Assembly (NCBI GenBank): GCA_963770795.1
Contig: CAVYQR010000002.1
Span: 56,943 to 120,942, forward strand
Length of the DNA: 64,000 nt
Reading direction: 5' to 3'
Source of the DNA: an uncultured Chloroflexia bacterium
GTDB lineage: Bacteria > Chloroflexota > Limnocylindria > Limnocylindrales > CSP1-4
Shown: in pieces, positions 1 through 10,312 of the stretch
How positions within the stretch are numbered: position 1 is the stretch's first letter
Layout: every line of letters starts with the position of its first letter
Translations under genes and position numbers: made by a program
Notes under the pieces: model-generated
Told to the model about the DNA's origin: nothing
What the model saw: only the letters and a program-made list of their open reading frames with translations
The model's database searches: none

Positions 1-175
1 TGCGATCCGCTGCGGCGATGACTGGCAGTCCCAGGTCGGCGCGACGGGGCGCCGCTCCACGCAGAGCTGCTCGCGACACGAGTCCCATCTGCCTCAGGGC
101 AGATCACTAGGCGGCCCCGGGACACGTCGCTGACGTTCCGTTCGCCGGCGCCTGCCTGCACCGCGCGTCCTGGGC

Positions 176-943
176 CTACGGCAGCGCGCGGATCATGCCC
201 CCGTCCACCGGCACGATCGCCCCGGTCACGAACGACGCAGCCGGCGAGAGCAGGAACGCCCCAACCCGGCCGATCTCCGCCACGTCCCCGTAGCGTCCGA
301 GCGGGATCGTCGCCTGACTTCGTCGGGCGATCTCCTCGGGCGTGATGCCGGCCTCCTCCGCCCGCTTGCCGTCCAGGAACGCGATCCGTTCCGTGGCGAT
401 CCGCCCCGGAGCCACGCCGTTGATGCGGATCGGGGCAATCTCGGCGGTGAGCGTCTTGACGAGACCCGCGAGCCCCGGGCGCAGGACATTGGACGTGGTC
501 AGGCCCGGGATCGGCTGCCGGACGGAGGACGACAGCACGATGAGGATCGCCGGGTCCACGCCCGCCCGGAGGTGCGGCAGGGAGGCCCGGATCAGGCGGA
601 GCGTGGACTGGAGCGTCCCCGCGATCGCGGCCTCCCACTCCGCCTCGCCCAGGGTCTCGAACGTGCCGCCGGGAGGGCCCCCGGTGTTGACGACCACGAG
701 GTCCAGCCCTCCGAGCGCAGCCACAGCCTCCTCGACGGCGTCACGCGGGCCATCGGGCGACGCGAGATCCGCGACAACACCCACGCCACCCAGGCGGACC
801 GCCTCGGCCTCGAGCCTCGCCTTCGTCCGCCCCACGAGCGCCACGCGTGCGCCCTCGCCGGCGAGGGCAGTGGCGATCCCGCCGCCGATCCCCGATCCCC
901 CGCCGCCGACGAGTGCCCGCCGGCCGGTCAATCCCAGGTCCAT
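176..943 (-). CDS. short-chain dehydrogenase/reductase (3-oxoacyl-ACP reductase-like)
   Basis: N-terminal Rossmann motif ALVGGGGSGIGGG followed by an SDR catalytic region; 255 aa, typical size. Confidence 0.85.
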   Translation of the reverse strand: MDLGLTGRRALVGGGGSGIGGGIATALAGEGARVALVGRTKARLEAEAVRLGGVGVVADLASPDGPRDAVEEAVAALGGLDLVVVNTGGPPGGTFETLGEAEWEAAIAGTLQSTLRLIRASLPHLRAGVDPAILIVLSSSVRQPIPGLTTSNVLRPGLAGLVKTLTAEIAPIRINGVAPGRIATERIAFLDGKRAEEAGITPEEIARRSQATIPLGRYGDVAEIGRVGAFLLSPAASFVTGAIVPVDGGMIRALP

Positions 944-986
944 GGCTGCCTCCGGTCTATGAAACGATCAGCGTACCGGGCGCCCA

Positions 987-2252
987 CTACACGAGGTACC
1001 GCAGGTACAGGTACACCGTCGAGATCGCCAGCGAAGCGGCGACCACCCCGATCCCGTACCGGAAGAACTGGAAGAACGTGATCGGGTGGCCATCCCGAGC
1101 GGCCACGTTGGACACGACGATGTTCGCCGACGCTCCTACGATCGTCAGGTTACCGCCCAGGCATGCCCCAAGAGCCAGCGCCCACCACATGGGCTCCGCC
1201 GGAAGGCCCGTCGCCGCCAGCTGCTGGACGACCGGGATCGCCGTGGCGGTATACGGGATGTTGTCCACGATCGCCGAGACAGCGGCGGAGAACCAGAGAA
1301 TCCCGATCGTGGCGGCCGGGAGATTGCCGCCGGTCGCGTTCGCAACCGCATCTGCGATCCCGCCCACGATCCCCACCCGGACGATCGCCTCCACCATGAT
1401 GAACAGCCCGACGAAGAAGAACAGCGTGTTCCACTCGACCTCGCTCAGGGCCTCGTGCGGCTCCAGGCGACCGAGCAGCATCACCACCGTCGCGCCCAGC
1501 AGGGCGATCGTGGCGGCCTCCAGGTGCAGGGCCGAGTGGAACACGAAGGCGACCATCGTCGCGCCCAGGACGATCAGGATCCGGTTCATCAGAGGGCGGT
1601 CCAGGATCGCGGCCGACGGATCGACCAGGGCCAGGCGGTCCAGGCGGTCGGCGTCATCGTCCATGTGATACCGGAAGGTCAGCCGCATGATCCCCAGGAA
1701 CACGACGAAGATGATCACGACCACGGGGAACAGGTTGGCCAGGAAGTCGGCGAAGCTCAGGCCCGCCGCGGAGCCGATCATGATGTTGGGCGGATCGCCG
1801 ATCAGGGTCGCCGTCCCGCCGATGTTCGAGGCGAAGATCTCGCTGATCAGGTATGGGAACGGATTGACCCGGAGCGTGCGCGTGATCGCGAGCGTGACCG
1901 GCGTCAGCAGGACGACCGTCGTCACGTTGTCAAGCATGGCCGAGAGCACGGCCGTCAGGATCGAGAGGAGGATCAGGAGGCGGAACGGCTCGCCTTTCGA
2001 GAGGTGGATCGCGTAGCCCGCGACGTACTCGAAGAAGCCGGTCTTGCGGAGTGCTCCCGCCATGACCATCATCCCCGCCAGAAGGAAGATGACGTTGAAG
2101 TCGATGGCGGCGAAGGCCTCGCCCTGCTCGAGGATCCCGAGCACGATGACCAGCATCCCGCCGAACAGGGCGACCAGTGTCCGGTCGACACGCTCGGTCG
2201 CAATCAGGAGGTAGGCGACGAGGAAGATACCGCCGGCGATGTAGACGTCCAC
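987..2252 (-). CDS. ArsB/NhaD/citrate-transporter superfamily permease
   Basis: Polytopic membrane protein with the duplicated permease architecture. The ORF track extends to 2468, but the upstream 70 aa are Arg/Ser-rich junk. A GTG start at 2252 sits 1 nt from the NhaA stop, so the start is uncertain. Confidence 0.6.
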   Translation of the reverse strand: MDVYIAGGIFLVAYLLIATERVDRTLVALFGGMLVIVLGILEQGEAFAAIDFNVIFLLAGMMVMAGALRKTGFFEYVAGYAIHLSKGEPFRLLILLSILTAVLSAMLDNVTTVVLLTPVTLAITRTLRVNPFPYLISEIFASNIGGTATLIGDPPNIMIGSAAGLSFADFLANLFPVVVIIFVVFLGIMRLTFRYHMDDDADRLDRLALVDPSAAILDRPLMNRILIVLGATMVAFVFHSALHLEAATIALLGATVVMLLGRLEPHEALSEVEWNTLFFFVGLFIMVEAIVRVGIVGGIADAVANATGGNLPAATIGILWFSAAVSAIVDNIPYTATAIPVVQQLAATGLPAEPMWWALALGACLGGNLTIVGASANIVVSNVAARDGHPITFFQFFRYGIGVVAASLAISTVYLYLRYLV

Positions 2253-2253
2253 G

Positions 2254-3585
2254 TCAGGTCGGGTCGGGTGCGGCGATCCGCCGGTTGGCGAGGACAAGCA
2301 CGGCGAGGCCCCCGGCGCCCGCGACCGCGGACGCCACGAGGATCCCCAGCTTGGCCGCCTCCAGCATCTCCCCCTCCGGGAAGGCCAGCTCGGAGACGAA
2401 GAGCGACATCGTGAACCCGATCCCGCCCAGCCACGCCGCACCGTACATGTGCCCCCAGCCGACGCCATGCGGCAGCGATGCGATCCCCGATCGCACGACG
2501 AGCCAGGCGGCGGCGATGATGCCGAGCTGCTTGCCCACCACGAGGCCCATCACGATGCCGATGACCAGCGGCTGGGACAGGGCGGAGCCGATGTCCGACG
2601 GGATCCGCACGCCGGCATTGGCGAACGCGAAGAGCGGCACGATGATGAAGATGACGAATGGCTCCAGGGCATGCTCCAGGCGCAGCATCGGGGCCTGGGC
2701 ATGGTGCGTGATGTCCTCGAGCTCCCAGAGCGCCGCGTGTCGCTCCTTGATGTCCGCGTCGCTCCGGAACCGTGCCGAGATCTCTCGGAGCTGGTCACCG
2801 GCCCGCTCCACGTACGAGGGGCCGTCGAGCCGCGTTCGCGCGGGGATCGTGAGCGCCAGCAACACGCCGGCGATCGTCGCATGGGCGCCCGACGCGGAGA
2901 CGGCGAGCCAGAGCAGCACGCCGGGGATCGCATAGGCTGCCAGGCGGCGGACGCCCAGGAAGTTCATCACCATCAACAGGGCGATCAGGCCGCCCGCCGC
3001 GGCGGCGGCGCCCAGGTCGAGCCGGTCCGTGTAGAACAGCGCGATGACCACCACGGCCAGCAGGTCGTCCACGATCGCAAGAGCCGTGAGGAAGATCCGC
3101 AGCCCCAGCGGCGCCACGCCACGCAGCAGCGCAAGGACCCCGAGCGCGAACGCGATGTCGGTGGCCATCGGCACGCCCCAGCCACGCGTCGCGGGTGAAT
3201 CCAGCCCGACCACAAGGATGAAGATCAGCGCCGGGATAACGGCGCCCCCCACGGCGGCCACGGCCGGCAGGGCCGCGCCGCGCACCGAATCGAGCTCGCC
3301 GACCAGTACCTCGCGCTTGATCTCGAGGCCGATGACCAGGAAGAAGATCGCCATCAGGGCGTCGTTGACCCAGAAGTGCAGGTCATGGGTGAGGTCGAAC
3401 CCGGCGAGGCTGATCCCGAGCTCGGTGTGCCACAGGGCCTCGTATGAGGCGGCCCAGGGGGAGTTGACCCAGACAAGGGCAACGATGGTGGCGAGCATGA
3501 GCAGCACGCCGCCCGATGCGCTGCCGTCCGTGAACGCCCGCAGCGGCGCCAGGATCCTGTCGATGGGCGGAGATTCCTGTGTCAT
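2254..3585 (-). CDS. nhaA: Na+/H+ antiporter NhaA
   Basis: N-terminus DRILAPLRAFTDGSASGGVLLMLATIVALVWVNSPW and the rest of the protein match the NhaA family; start taken at ATG 3585 (MTQESPP). Confidence 0.85.
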   Translation of the reverse strand: MTQESPPIDRILAPLRAFTDGSASGGVLLMLATIVALVWVNSPWAASYEALWHTELGISLAGFDLTHDLHFWVNDALMAIFFLVIGLEIKREVLVGELDSVRGAALPAVAAVGGAVIPALIFILVVGLDSPATRGWGVPMATDIAFALGVLALLRGVAPLGLRIFLTALAIVDDLLAVVVIALFYTDRLDLGAAAAAGGLIALLMVMNFLGVRRLAAYAIPGVLLWLAVSASGAHATIAGVLLALTIPARTRLDGPSYVERAGDQLREISARFRSDADIKERHAALWELEDITHHAQAPMLRLEHALEPFVIFIIVPLFAFANAGVRIPSDIGSALSQPLVIGIVMGLVVGKQLGIIAAAWLVVRSGIASLPHGVGWGHMYGAAWLGGIGFTMSLFVSELAFPEGEMLEAAKLGILVASAVAGAGGLAVLVLANRRIAAPDPT

Positions 3586-3904
3586 CGCGCCATGATCGCC
3601 GATGCGGGCGCTCCGTGAGACGTCACGAGCGATGCGCCTCGACGAACCGAGGGGGCCTGACGGGGTTCTGGACTGCGGGCGCCGACGGATGGCCCGCAGC
3701 CCGCTACCCAAACGCAACCGGGTCGTCGCCGCCGCGGTGTCGTTGCGGACGCGCGGTCCGACGCACGATCCACCTCTCGGCGAGGGAGCCGTCCCGACCC
3801 GGTGCGTCCAGAGGATCCGATAGCGGTCCGTCCGCCCCTCCGGACTTCACAGGCCTCTCGTCCGACTCGCCTGCCGGACCAGCCCCGAACGGAAGGACTC
3901 CAAC

Positions 3905-4123
3905 ATGGCCTACCCCGCCTACAACACCGACGGGCTCATCGGCTCCGAGGAAGGTGCCAGCAGCCCCGTGACCTGTTCGTCCTGCGGTTGTCGCCTGGAG
4001 CATGCCGCCGACCTCAACGGGTGGCTCCACTTCGCACCGATGGCCGGCCGCGACGCCCGCGGCTGTCGCGTCGCCTGCGCCGACCTGGTGCACGACGCCC
4101 GGGGACACGCCCTCTCCGGCTAG
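3905..4123 (+). CDS. small Cys-rich hypothetical protein (72 aa)
   Basis: Intergenic ORF with high GC3 and a GGAAGGA RBS 8 nt upstream; CxxCxC...CxxxC pattern. Confidence 0.4.
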   Translation: MAYPAYNTDGLIGSEEGASSPVTCSSCGCRLEHAADLNGWLHFAPMAGRDARGCRVACADLVHDARGHALSG

Positions 4124-4200
4124 TGGCGCTGGAACGGCGACTCCCCAACCATACCGACGCGACCCCGGGCCAGCCCCCGGGGTCGTTTCGATTCCACCAC

Positions 4201-4926
4201 TCAGGCGGCCTCGTCGGCCTCGATCCGGTACCCGACGGAGCGGACGGCGACGATGCGCGGACCGCCGACGGCCTCCAGCTTTGATCGCAGGCGCGCGAGG
4301 TGCGGCTTGAGCCACAGCAGGTCGGGATCCGGCTCAGCGGGCCAGCCGGCGCGGGCCAGGCGATGGTGGGCCACGAGGTCGCCCCCGGATCGGACGAGCG
4401 CCTCCAGCAGGCGGAACTCCGTGGGCGTGAGGCTCAGGGCGATCGCCCCGACGCGTGCCTCGTGGCGTGCGGGCTCCAGCGTGAGCGAGCCGGCCGTCAG
4501 GACGGCATGCGCACCCTCTCCGCTCCCCCCGCCCCGGCCGGTCCCGGCCAGGTCAACGCGGCGCATGACAGCGGAGATCCGGGCGAGCAGCTCCTGCTTG
4601 CCGAAGGGCTTGACCAGGTAGTCGTCCGCGCCGATGCCCAGCGCCTTGACCTTGGCGGCCTCGGCGCTCTCGCCGGATACCACGAGCACCGGGACGTTCC
4701 CCGATGCGCGCAACTGGCCGATGACGGTGAACCCGTCCGGACCCGGCATCGCCAGGTCCAGCAGGACGAGATCCGGCCGCTCCTCCCGGAACCGCTTGAC
4801 GGCGGTCAGTCCGTCGTAGGCGGTGATGACCTGGTGGCCCTCGGTGCCGACCAGGGCGGTGATGGCGCCGACCATCGCGGGGTCGTCGTCCACGACCAGG
4901 ATCCGGAGGGGTCGTGTCCCAAGCAT
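4201..4926 (-). CDS. OmpR-family two-component response regulator
   Basis: Receiver domain (ILVVDDDPAMV...LLDLAMPGPDG) plus a C-terminal winged-helix (LTPTEFRLLEAL...VRSVGYRI); start at ATG 4926 (MLGTRPLRILVVDDD). Confidence 0.85.
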   Translation of the reverse strand: MLGTRPLRILVVDDDPAMVGAITALVGTEGHQVITAYDGLTAVKRFREERPDLVLLDLAMPGPDGFTVIGQLRASGNVPVLVVSGESAEAAKVKALGIGADDYLVKPFGKQELLARISAVMRRVDLAGTGRGGGSGEGAHAVLTAGSLTLEPARHEARVGAIALSLTPTEFRLLEALVRSGGDLVAHHRLARAGWPAEPDPDLLWLKPHLARLRSKLEAVGGPRIVAVRSVGYRIEADEAA

Positions 4927-5074
4927 CTCGTCCTGCCTCTCTCTTGCGGTCACAAGCGTAGACGTCATCGCTATCTTCGTTGGTTGCGGTGAGGTACCGG
5001 GACGGTGCCCTTGCAGTCGAACCGTAACCCGAGGCGGCTGGCGATGCGTGGGCCGACGCTCCATCATCTCCCGC

Positions 5075-8000
5075 ATGGCTCCCAGCGTCCCGCGTGCCAG
5101 ACGTTCCTCGCCGCCCGGCGATCACCTGCCCGCAGCATCCCGGCGCGAGGTGGAGAACCGGTTTGCCGCCGTCGCCGCGGAGCCACCCGGTCCCGGCCTG
5201 GGCCGGGCCCGGGATCCCGTCGCCCACGAGGTCCGCCTCCTGAGGGCGCTTCTCGGGCAGGTGATCGCGGAGCAGGGCGGTCCGGAGCTGTTCGCTCTCG
5301 TCGAGCGGATCCGCCGCCGCACCATCACGCTCCGCCGCGGTGAGTTCGGGACGCTCCCGGAGCCGGACCTGGAGCGCCAGCGCCTGACAACGGAGATCGC
5401 GGCCCTGGACGTTGGGCGGGCGGCCGAGGTGGTCAAGGCATTCACCCTCTACTTCCAGCTGATCAACCTCGCCGAGGAGCGCGATCGCATTCGCACCCTG
5501 CGCACACATGCCCGGCGAGCGCACGGTGACGCGATCGACGGCTCGATCGGCGAGGCCGTCGGCCTGCTTGCCGCGACCCGCGACGCCGCCGGAGTGGAGG
5601 CCATCCTGGACCGCGTCGTCGTCCACTCCGTGCTCACGGCCCACCCCACCGAGGCGCGGCGTCGGACGCTCCTGGTGGCCCTGCGACGGATCCGTCGGTT
5701 GCTGGATGGGCTCGATGCTCCGCTCACGACACCGGACGAGGACGCTGACCTGCGGCGCCGGATCCGCGAGGAGATCTCCCTGCTCTGGCACACGGGCGAC
5801 CTGCGCGCCGTGGCCCCGACGCCGCTGGACGAGGTGCGGTCGGCGCTGGTGATCTTCGATGAGACGCTGTTCACCGTCGTGCCCCGCTTCCAGCGGGCCG
5901 TCGACCGCGCGCTGGATGCCGCGACCGGCGGCGGCCGGGGGTCCGGCGGGCCGGCCGGCACAGCTCCGGTGCCCGTGTACGCCGGCGACTCCGGCAGGAC
6001 GGGGACGCGGCCCGTGGCGACCCCCGCGCTTCTCCGGTTCGGCTCGTGGATCGGCGCAGACCGGGACGGGCACCCGGGGGTGACCTCGGACGTCACCCTC
6101 CACGCGGCGCGGCTCCAGGCCGAGCACCTGTTCCGTGGCTACGAGGCGGTGGCCTCTCGCCTGATGCAGACGATCGCCGCGCGGGTCCCGCCAGAGCGGA
6201 TCGACCGGGCTCTCGGGAGCCGGCTGGCGCGGGATGCGGAGGAGCTGCCCGAGACGATGCGCCAGCTGCGGCGCCGTTTCCCCGAGGAGCCGTACCGCCA
6301 GCGGCTGGGCGCCATCGCGGAGCGGCTGAGGCGCACCCGGGCGGCACTCACCGGCCAGGCCGCCCCGCGGAGCGGCGGTTATGCCGATGCCGGCGCGCTC
6401 GACCGGGAGCTCGTGGAGGTCCAGGACGCGCTGGCCGCCGATGGGCTGGCACGGGTGGCACACGGCCAGCTCGCCGACCTGCGCTGGCAGCTCGCCACGT
6501 ACGGGTTCCACCTCGCGTCGCTGGAGGTCCGTCAGCACGCGGGCGTCCACCGGGCGGCCCTCAAGGCGTTGCGCACGGGCGCGGGGCCGGACACGGAGGT
6601 CTCGGCGGGCGTTTCGGTGGGCGAGGTGCTGGCCACGTTCCGGTCCATCGCCCGCCTCCAGGGGCGCCACGGGGTGGCGGCCTGCCACCGGTACGTGATC
6701 TCGTTCACCACGTCCCCGGACGACGTTGCCGACGTGCTGGAGCTCGCGCGCCGCGCATCGGAGCCGGAGCCGTTCGGGTCGCCGGCGGCGGCCCTGGCCG
6801 ATCTGCCGCCGTCGCTGCCCGTGCTGGACGTGGTGCCGCTGCTGGAGTCCGCGGATGCGCTGGCGGGGGCGGCGGGGCTCCTGGACGCACTCCTCTCGGA
6901 TCCCGCCTACCGCACCCACGTCCGGGAACGCGGGGATGCCCAGGAGGTCATGCTCGGCTACTCGGACTCATCGAAGGAGAGTGGGTTCCTCGCCGCCAAC
7001 TGGCTCCTGTACCAGGCCCAGGAGGCGCTGGTCGCAACCGCGCGGCGACACGGGATCGCGCTCACCCTGTTCCATGGGCGGGGCGGCGCCATCGGGCGGG
7101 GCGGCGGTCCCGCGAACCGGGCGATCCTGGCGCAGGCTGCGGGCTCCGTGGACGGCCGCCTCAAGTTCACCGAGCAGGGCGAGGTCATCGCGGCGCACTA
7201 CGCGGACCTGACGATCGCGCAGCGCCACCTTGAGCAGGTGACGTCGGCCGCACTGCTTGCCTCCACGCCCGAGCACGAGGCGGAGGTTGCCGGCGCCTCC
7301 GCGGCCGGGGCAGGCGCGATGGCGGAGCTGGCGGCGATCTCCCGGACGGCATACCGGGCGCTCGTGGAGCGACCGGCATTCGGCTCCTTCTTCCGCGCCG
7401 CCACGCCCATCGACCTCATCGCCGGGCTGGGGCTTGGATCGCGGCCCTCCTCGCGGGCCTCCTCGCGGGCCTCCTCGCGGGCCGGCGCCGGGCAGGCGGC
7501 CGGGGGGGTGGCGGCCGGGGCTGCCTCGGCTTCCCCGCGGTGGGGTGCCGCTGTGGCGGCCGATCCGACCCTGCGCGGCGAGGAGATCGCCTCGCTCCGT
7601 GCGATCCCGTGGGTGTTCGCGTGGTCGCAGGCTCGCGCGAACCTGCCCGGCTGGTACGGCCTGGGAACGGCTCTGGAGGCAGTCACCGCGCGAGGCGGCC
7701 GGGCGGTGGTCGACCACCTGGCAGATCTCTACCGGGGCTGGCCGTTCTTCGCGTCCGTCCTGGACAACGCCGAGCTCTCGCTGGCGAAGGCGGACCTCGG
7801 CACGTTCCGGCAGTACGCGGACCTCGCCTCGGGCACGGAGGCGGCGGCGATCCGGGGCATGATCGAGGCGGAGCACGCGCGCTCGGTCCGGGTGCTGCTC
7901 CTGGTCACCGGGCGGGACCGGCTGCTCGCGGGTGATGCGGCCCTTGCCCGCTCCATCGAGTTGCGCAACCCGTACATCGACGCGTTGTCGGCCGTCCAGG

Positions 8001-8119
8001 TGGAGCTGCTCGGCCGGCTCCGGGATCCATCGCTCGACGCGCGCAGCGCGGCTGCCACCAGGGCCGTCATCGGTGCGACCATCAACGGGATCGCCGCAGG
8101 CCTCCAGAACACCGGCTAG
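5075..8119 (+). CDS. ppc: phosphoenolpyruvate carboxylase
   Basis: Hallmark PEPC motifs: VISFTTSPDDV, GYSDSSKESGF, FHGRGGAIGRGGGP, IPWVFAWSQ, and a C-terminal INGIAAGLQNTG. Start at ATG 5075 (MAPSVP), 1014 aa. Confidence 0.92.
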   Translation: MAPSVPRARRSSPPGDHLPAASRREVENRFAAVAAEPPGPGLGRARDPVAHEVRLLRALLGQVIAEQGGPELFALVERIRRRTITLRRGEFGTLPEPDLERQRLTTEIAALDVGRAAEVVKAFTLYFQLINLAEERDRIRTLRTHARRAHGDAIDGSIGEAVGLLAATRDAAGVEAILDRVVVHSVLTAHPTEARRRTLLVALRRIRRLLDGLDAPLTTPDEDADLRRRIREEISLLWHTGDLRAVAPTPLDEVRSALVIFDETLFTVVPRFQRAVDRALDAATGGGRGSGGPAGTAPVPVYAGDSGRTGTRPVATPALLRFGSWIGADRDGHPGVTSDVTLHAARLQAEHLFRGYEAVASRLMQTIAARVPPERIDRALGSRLARDAEELPETMRQLRRRFPEEPYRQRLGAIAERLRRTRAALTGQAAPRSGGYADAGALDRELVEVQDALAADGLARVAHGQLADLRWQLATYGFHLASLEVRQHAGVHRAALKALRTGAGPDTEVSAGVSVGEVLATFRSIARLQGRHGVAACHRYVISFTTSPDDVADVLELARRASEPEPFGSPAAALADLPPSLPVLDVVPLLESADALAGAAGLLDALLSDPAYRTHVRERGDAQEVMLGYSDSSKESGFLAANWLLYQAQEALVATARRHGIALTLFHGRGGAIGRGGGPANRAILAQAAGSVDGRLKFTEQGEVIAAHYADLTIAQRHLEQVTSAALLASTPEHEAEVAGASAAGAGAMAELAAISRTAYRALVERPAFGSFFRAATPIDLIAGLGLGSRPSSRASSRASSRAGAGQAAGGVAAGAASASPRWGAAVAADPTLRGEEIASLRAIPWVFAWSQARANLPGWYGLGTALEAVTARGGRAVVDHLADLYRGWPFFASVLDNAELSLAKADLGTFRQYADLASGTEAAAIRGMIEAEHARSVRVLLLVTGRDRLLAGDAALARSIELRNPYIDALSAVQVELLGRLRDPSLDARSAAATRAVIGATINGIAAGLQNTG
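7441..7490 (+). repeat. in-frame 12-bp x3 microsatellite inside ppc (encodes SSRASSRASSRA)
   Basis: gcctcctcgcgg repeated three times in a loop region of PEPC. Confidence 0.7.
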
Positions 8120-8134
8120 CGCGGCGGCGAGAAG

Positions 8135-9269
8135 TTGCTGGAGGACACGATGCGCGAGGTCAACGCGGCGGTCATCGAGCGGGCCGGCGTACCGGTCTCC
8201 ATCGAGACGCTGTCACTCGCGGACCCTGGCCCGGGCGAGGTCCTGGTGCGCATGAGCTCCGCCGGCGTCTGCCACTCCGACCTCCACGTGCGCGACGGAC
8301 ACTGGAAGCGTCCGGGGCCTATCGTCATGGGTCACGAGGGCGCTGCCGTCGTCGAGGCCGTCGGTCCGGGGGTCGATGCGTCCATCGTCGGGCGGTCCGC
8401 CGCGCTGTCCTGGTATGCCCCGTGTCTGCGGTGTCGCGAGTGCCAGCGCGGCCGCCAGTGGCTCTGCTCCGGCTCCCCGTCCCTCCGCCACGCACAGGCC
8501 GACGGCACCACGCGCCTGTCCCGGCCCGACGGCACGCCCGTCCTCGCCTACCTGTCGATCGGAACGATGGCGTCCGCGCAGGTGGTGCCCGCGACGGCGG
8601 TCGTGCCGATGCCCGACGGGGTCTCCCCCGAGGTCGCGGCCCTCATCGGCTGCGGCGTCTCGACCGGCGTCGGGGCGGTGGTGAAGACGGCCGAGGTCCC
8701 GGCCGGCGCCACGGTGGCGGTCATCGGGCTCGGCGGCGTCGGGCTCTCGTGCGTGATGGGCGCGGCGCTTGCTGGCGCGTCCAGGATCATCGCGGCGGAC
8801 GTCAGCCCGGCGAAGATCGACCTCGCCGGCGACCTGGGCGCGACGCACCGGATCCGCGCTGATCCGGCCAACCCCGCCGCCACCGTGGACGCGATCCGTG
8901 CCGCGGCGGGGCACGGCGGTCCGGACTTCGTGTTCGAGGCCATCGGGCTGCCGGCGACCATCTCCCAGGCGATCGCCGCGCTGCCCCCGGGTGGGACCGC
9001 CGTGCTGGTGGGCCTCACGCGGTTCGGGCAGGACGCGTCGTTCGAGGCGTTCCCGTTCGTGGACGGCGGGCGGCGGATCCTGGGCTCCAACTACGGGTCC
9101 GCGGTGGCCGCAATCGACTTCCCGAAGTACGCGGAGGCCTACCTGGCCGGACGCCTGCCGATCGACCGGCTGATCGACCGCCGCCTCCCGCTGGAGCGAC
9201 CTGGAGGACGCGTTCGACCGGCTGCGCTCCGGCCGCGCGACGCGCCAGATGGTGATGTTCGGGGAGTAG
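8135..9269 (+). CDS. Zn-dependent alcohol dehydrogenase (MDR family), frameshifted near the 3' end
   Basis: GVCHSDLHV...GHEGAAVVEAVG zinc-ADH motifs and a GLGGVGLS NAD-binding motif. The canonical C-terminus LEDLEDAFDRLRSGRATRQMVMFGE* is in the +1 frame from about 9193 and stops at 9269; the ORF track reads through to 9517. Confidence 0.75.
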
Positions 9270-9275
9270 CGGCGC
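9228..9275. repeat. direct repeat copy A (3' terminus of adh)
   Basis: gcgccagatggtgatgttc...gtagcggcg, shared at about 33/36 positions with 10262..10312. Confidence 0.6.
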
Positions 9276-9304
9276 GCTGGGCCAGGGTCCGGCGGCACCA
9301 GGTC

Positions 9305-9405
9305 CTGCCACCTACCAGCGAGGCTGGTGCTAGTCGGCACTGGGAGGCGGAACTCCTGCCACCTACCAGCGGGGCTGGTGCTAGTCGGCACTGGGACGTC
9401 CATCC
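9305..9405. repeat. 51-bp tandem repeat x2 with internal palindromes
   Basis: ctgccacctaccagcg(a/g)ggctggtgctagtcggcactggga occurs twice; each copy has the hairpin ACCAGCgagGCTGGT. A further ACCAGcctgaCTGGT palindrome lies at about 9500. Confidence 0.75.
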
Positions 9406-10175
9406 GGCCGAGATCGGCTCGCGGGCATGGGTTCGTCATGCTCACGGCCGGCCGGACGAGCAACGCGCACCCGCCTCGACCCGACGGGACCTTGCCGACC
9501 ACCAGCCTGACTGGTAGCTGTCAGGAAGAGCAGGAGACCGGCCCCCACTCCCGGCTTCCGGAGCCATGCCCGCGCCGCCCATCCGCGGACCGGGTACGTC
9601 CTGCCGAACACGCCGTCGTGGCGCTCGATCCGGCGGCGAGCCGTGCGCGTGTCGGTGATCGCCAGCAGGGGACATGTTGCGACGGAGCTCCAGCCGAACC
9701 GCTGTCGCGCAATCCGTGCCGCGAGCCGGACCTTGGCATCGTGGCGACGGAGCGTCTCCTCAACCGAGACGACCTCGGTCTTGACCTCCACCACGAGCAG
9801 GATCCGCGCGTCCGGGTGGAAGGCCAGCAGATCGATCGAGCCCCGCTCCCCGTACTCCGAGTAAGTCACCTCTGCGGCGGTCAGCCAACCTTCGGCGTTG
9901 AGGATCGACGCGATGGTCGCGACCACGGCGGCGTGACCCTCGTCGCGCATACGATCCAGTTCCGCGCCGCGCCACCGTACGGTGACCACGATCTCTGCTC
10001 CGAGCGCGGAGGCGATCCCTCGAGCCGTCTCCAGCGAGAGCCGTCCGAGCCCGCCCGTCTCCAGAAGAGACACCAGTTGCTGGCTGACCTTCGCCCGTTC
10101 GGCAACATCGGCCTGGCGCAGCCCCAACCGGCGGCGAATGACCCCCACGAGCCGGCCGATCGCGACGTCGTCCAT
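9381..10175 (-). CDS. XRE-family HTH protein fused to a PD-(D/E)xK nuclease-like domain
   Basis: N-terminal HTH (LRQADVAERAKVSQQLVSLLETG) and a central IDLLAFHPDARILLVVEVK motif typical of PD-(D/E)xK; first ATG at 10175. Confidence 0.55.
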   Translation of the reverse strand: MDDVAIGRLVGVIRRRLGLRQADVAERAKVSQQLVSLLETGGLGRLSLETARGIASALGAEIVVTVRWRGAELDRMRDEGHAAVVATIASILNAEGWLTAAEVTYSEYGERGSIDLLAFHPDARILLVVEVKTEVVSVEETLRRHDAKVRLAARIARQRFGWSSVATCPLLAITDTRTARRRIERHDGVFGRTYPVRGWAARAWLRKPGVGAGLLLFLTATSQAGGRQGPVGSRRVRVARPAGREHDEPMPASRSRPDGRPSAD

Positions 10176-10261
10176 CGGGCAAGCATGCCGGGGCACGCTT
10201 ATCCGGGACTTGCGCGGTCCCCGACCAACGCCACCCGCCTACCGGTCCCCCGGCGCCACCG

Positions 10262-10312
10262 GCACCAACCGGCCGCCACCCGCGCGCCAGATGGTGATGT
10301 TCTAGGGGTAGC
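10262..10312. repeat. direct repeat copy B (duplicated adh 3' terminus, encodes ...RQMVMF*)
   Basis: Near-identical to 9228..9275; the two copies bracket about 1 kb. Confidence 0.6.

Noticed and set aside
1086-2414. 442-aa + strand ORF (His/Asp/Arg-rich) overlapping the permease gene
   Set aside because: Antisense shadow ORF of a GC-rich gene. Low-complexity Arg/Asp/His composition; the opposite strand encodes a coherent polytopic transporter.
4553-6919. 788-aa minus-strand ORF across ppc
   Set aside because: Arg/Gly-rich nonsense antisense to a perfectly conserved PEP carboxylase.
7441-7490. SSRA repeat as a possible tmRNA tag or small RNA
   Set aside because: It lies in frame inside ppc with no tRNA-like structure; the resemblance to the SsrA name is coincidental.
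8213-9502. 429-aa minus-strand ORF across adh
   Set aside because: Antisense shadow of the Zn-ADH gene.
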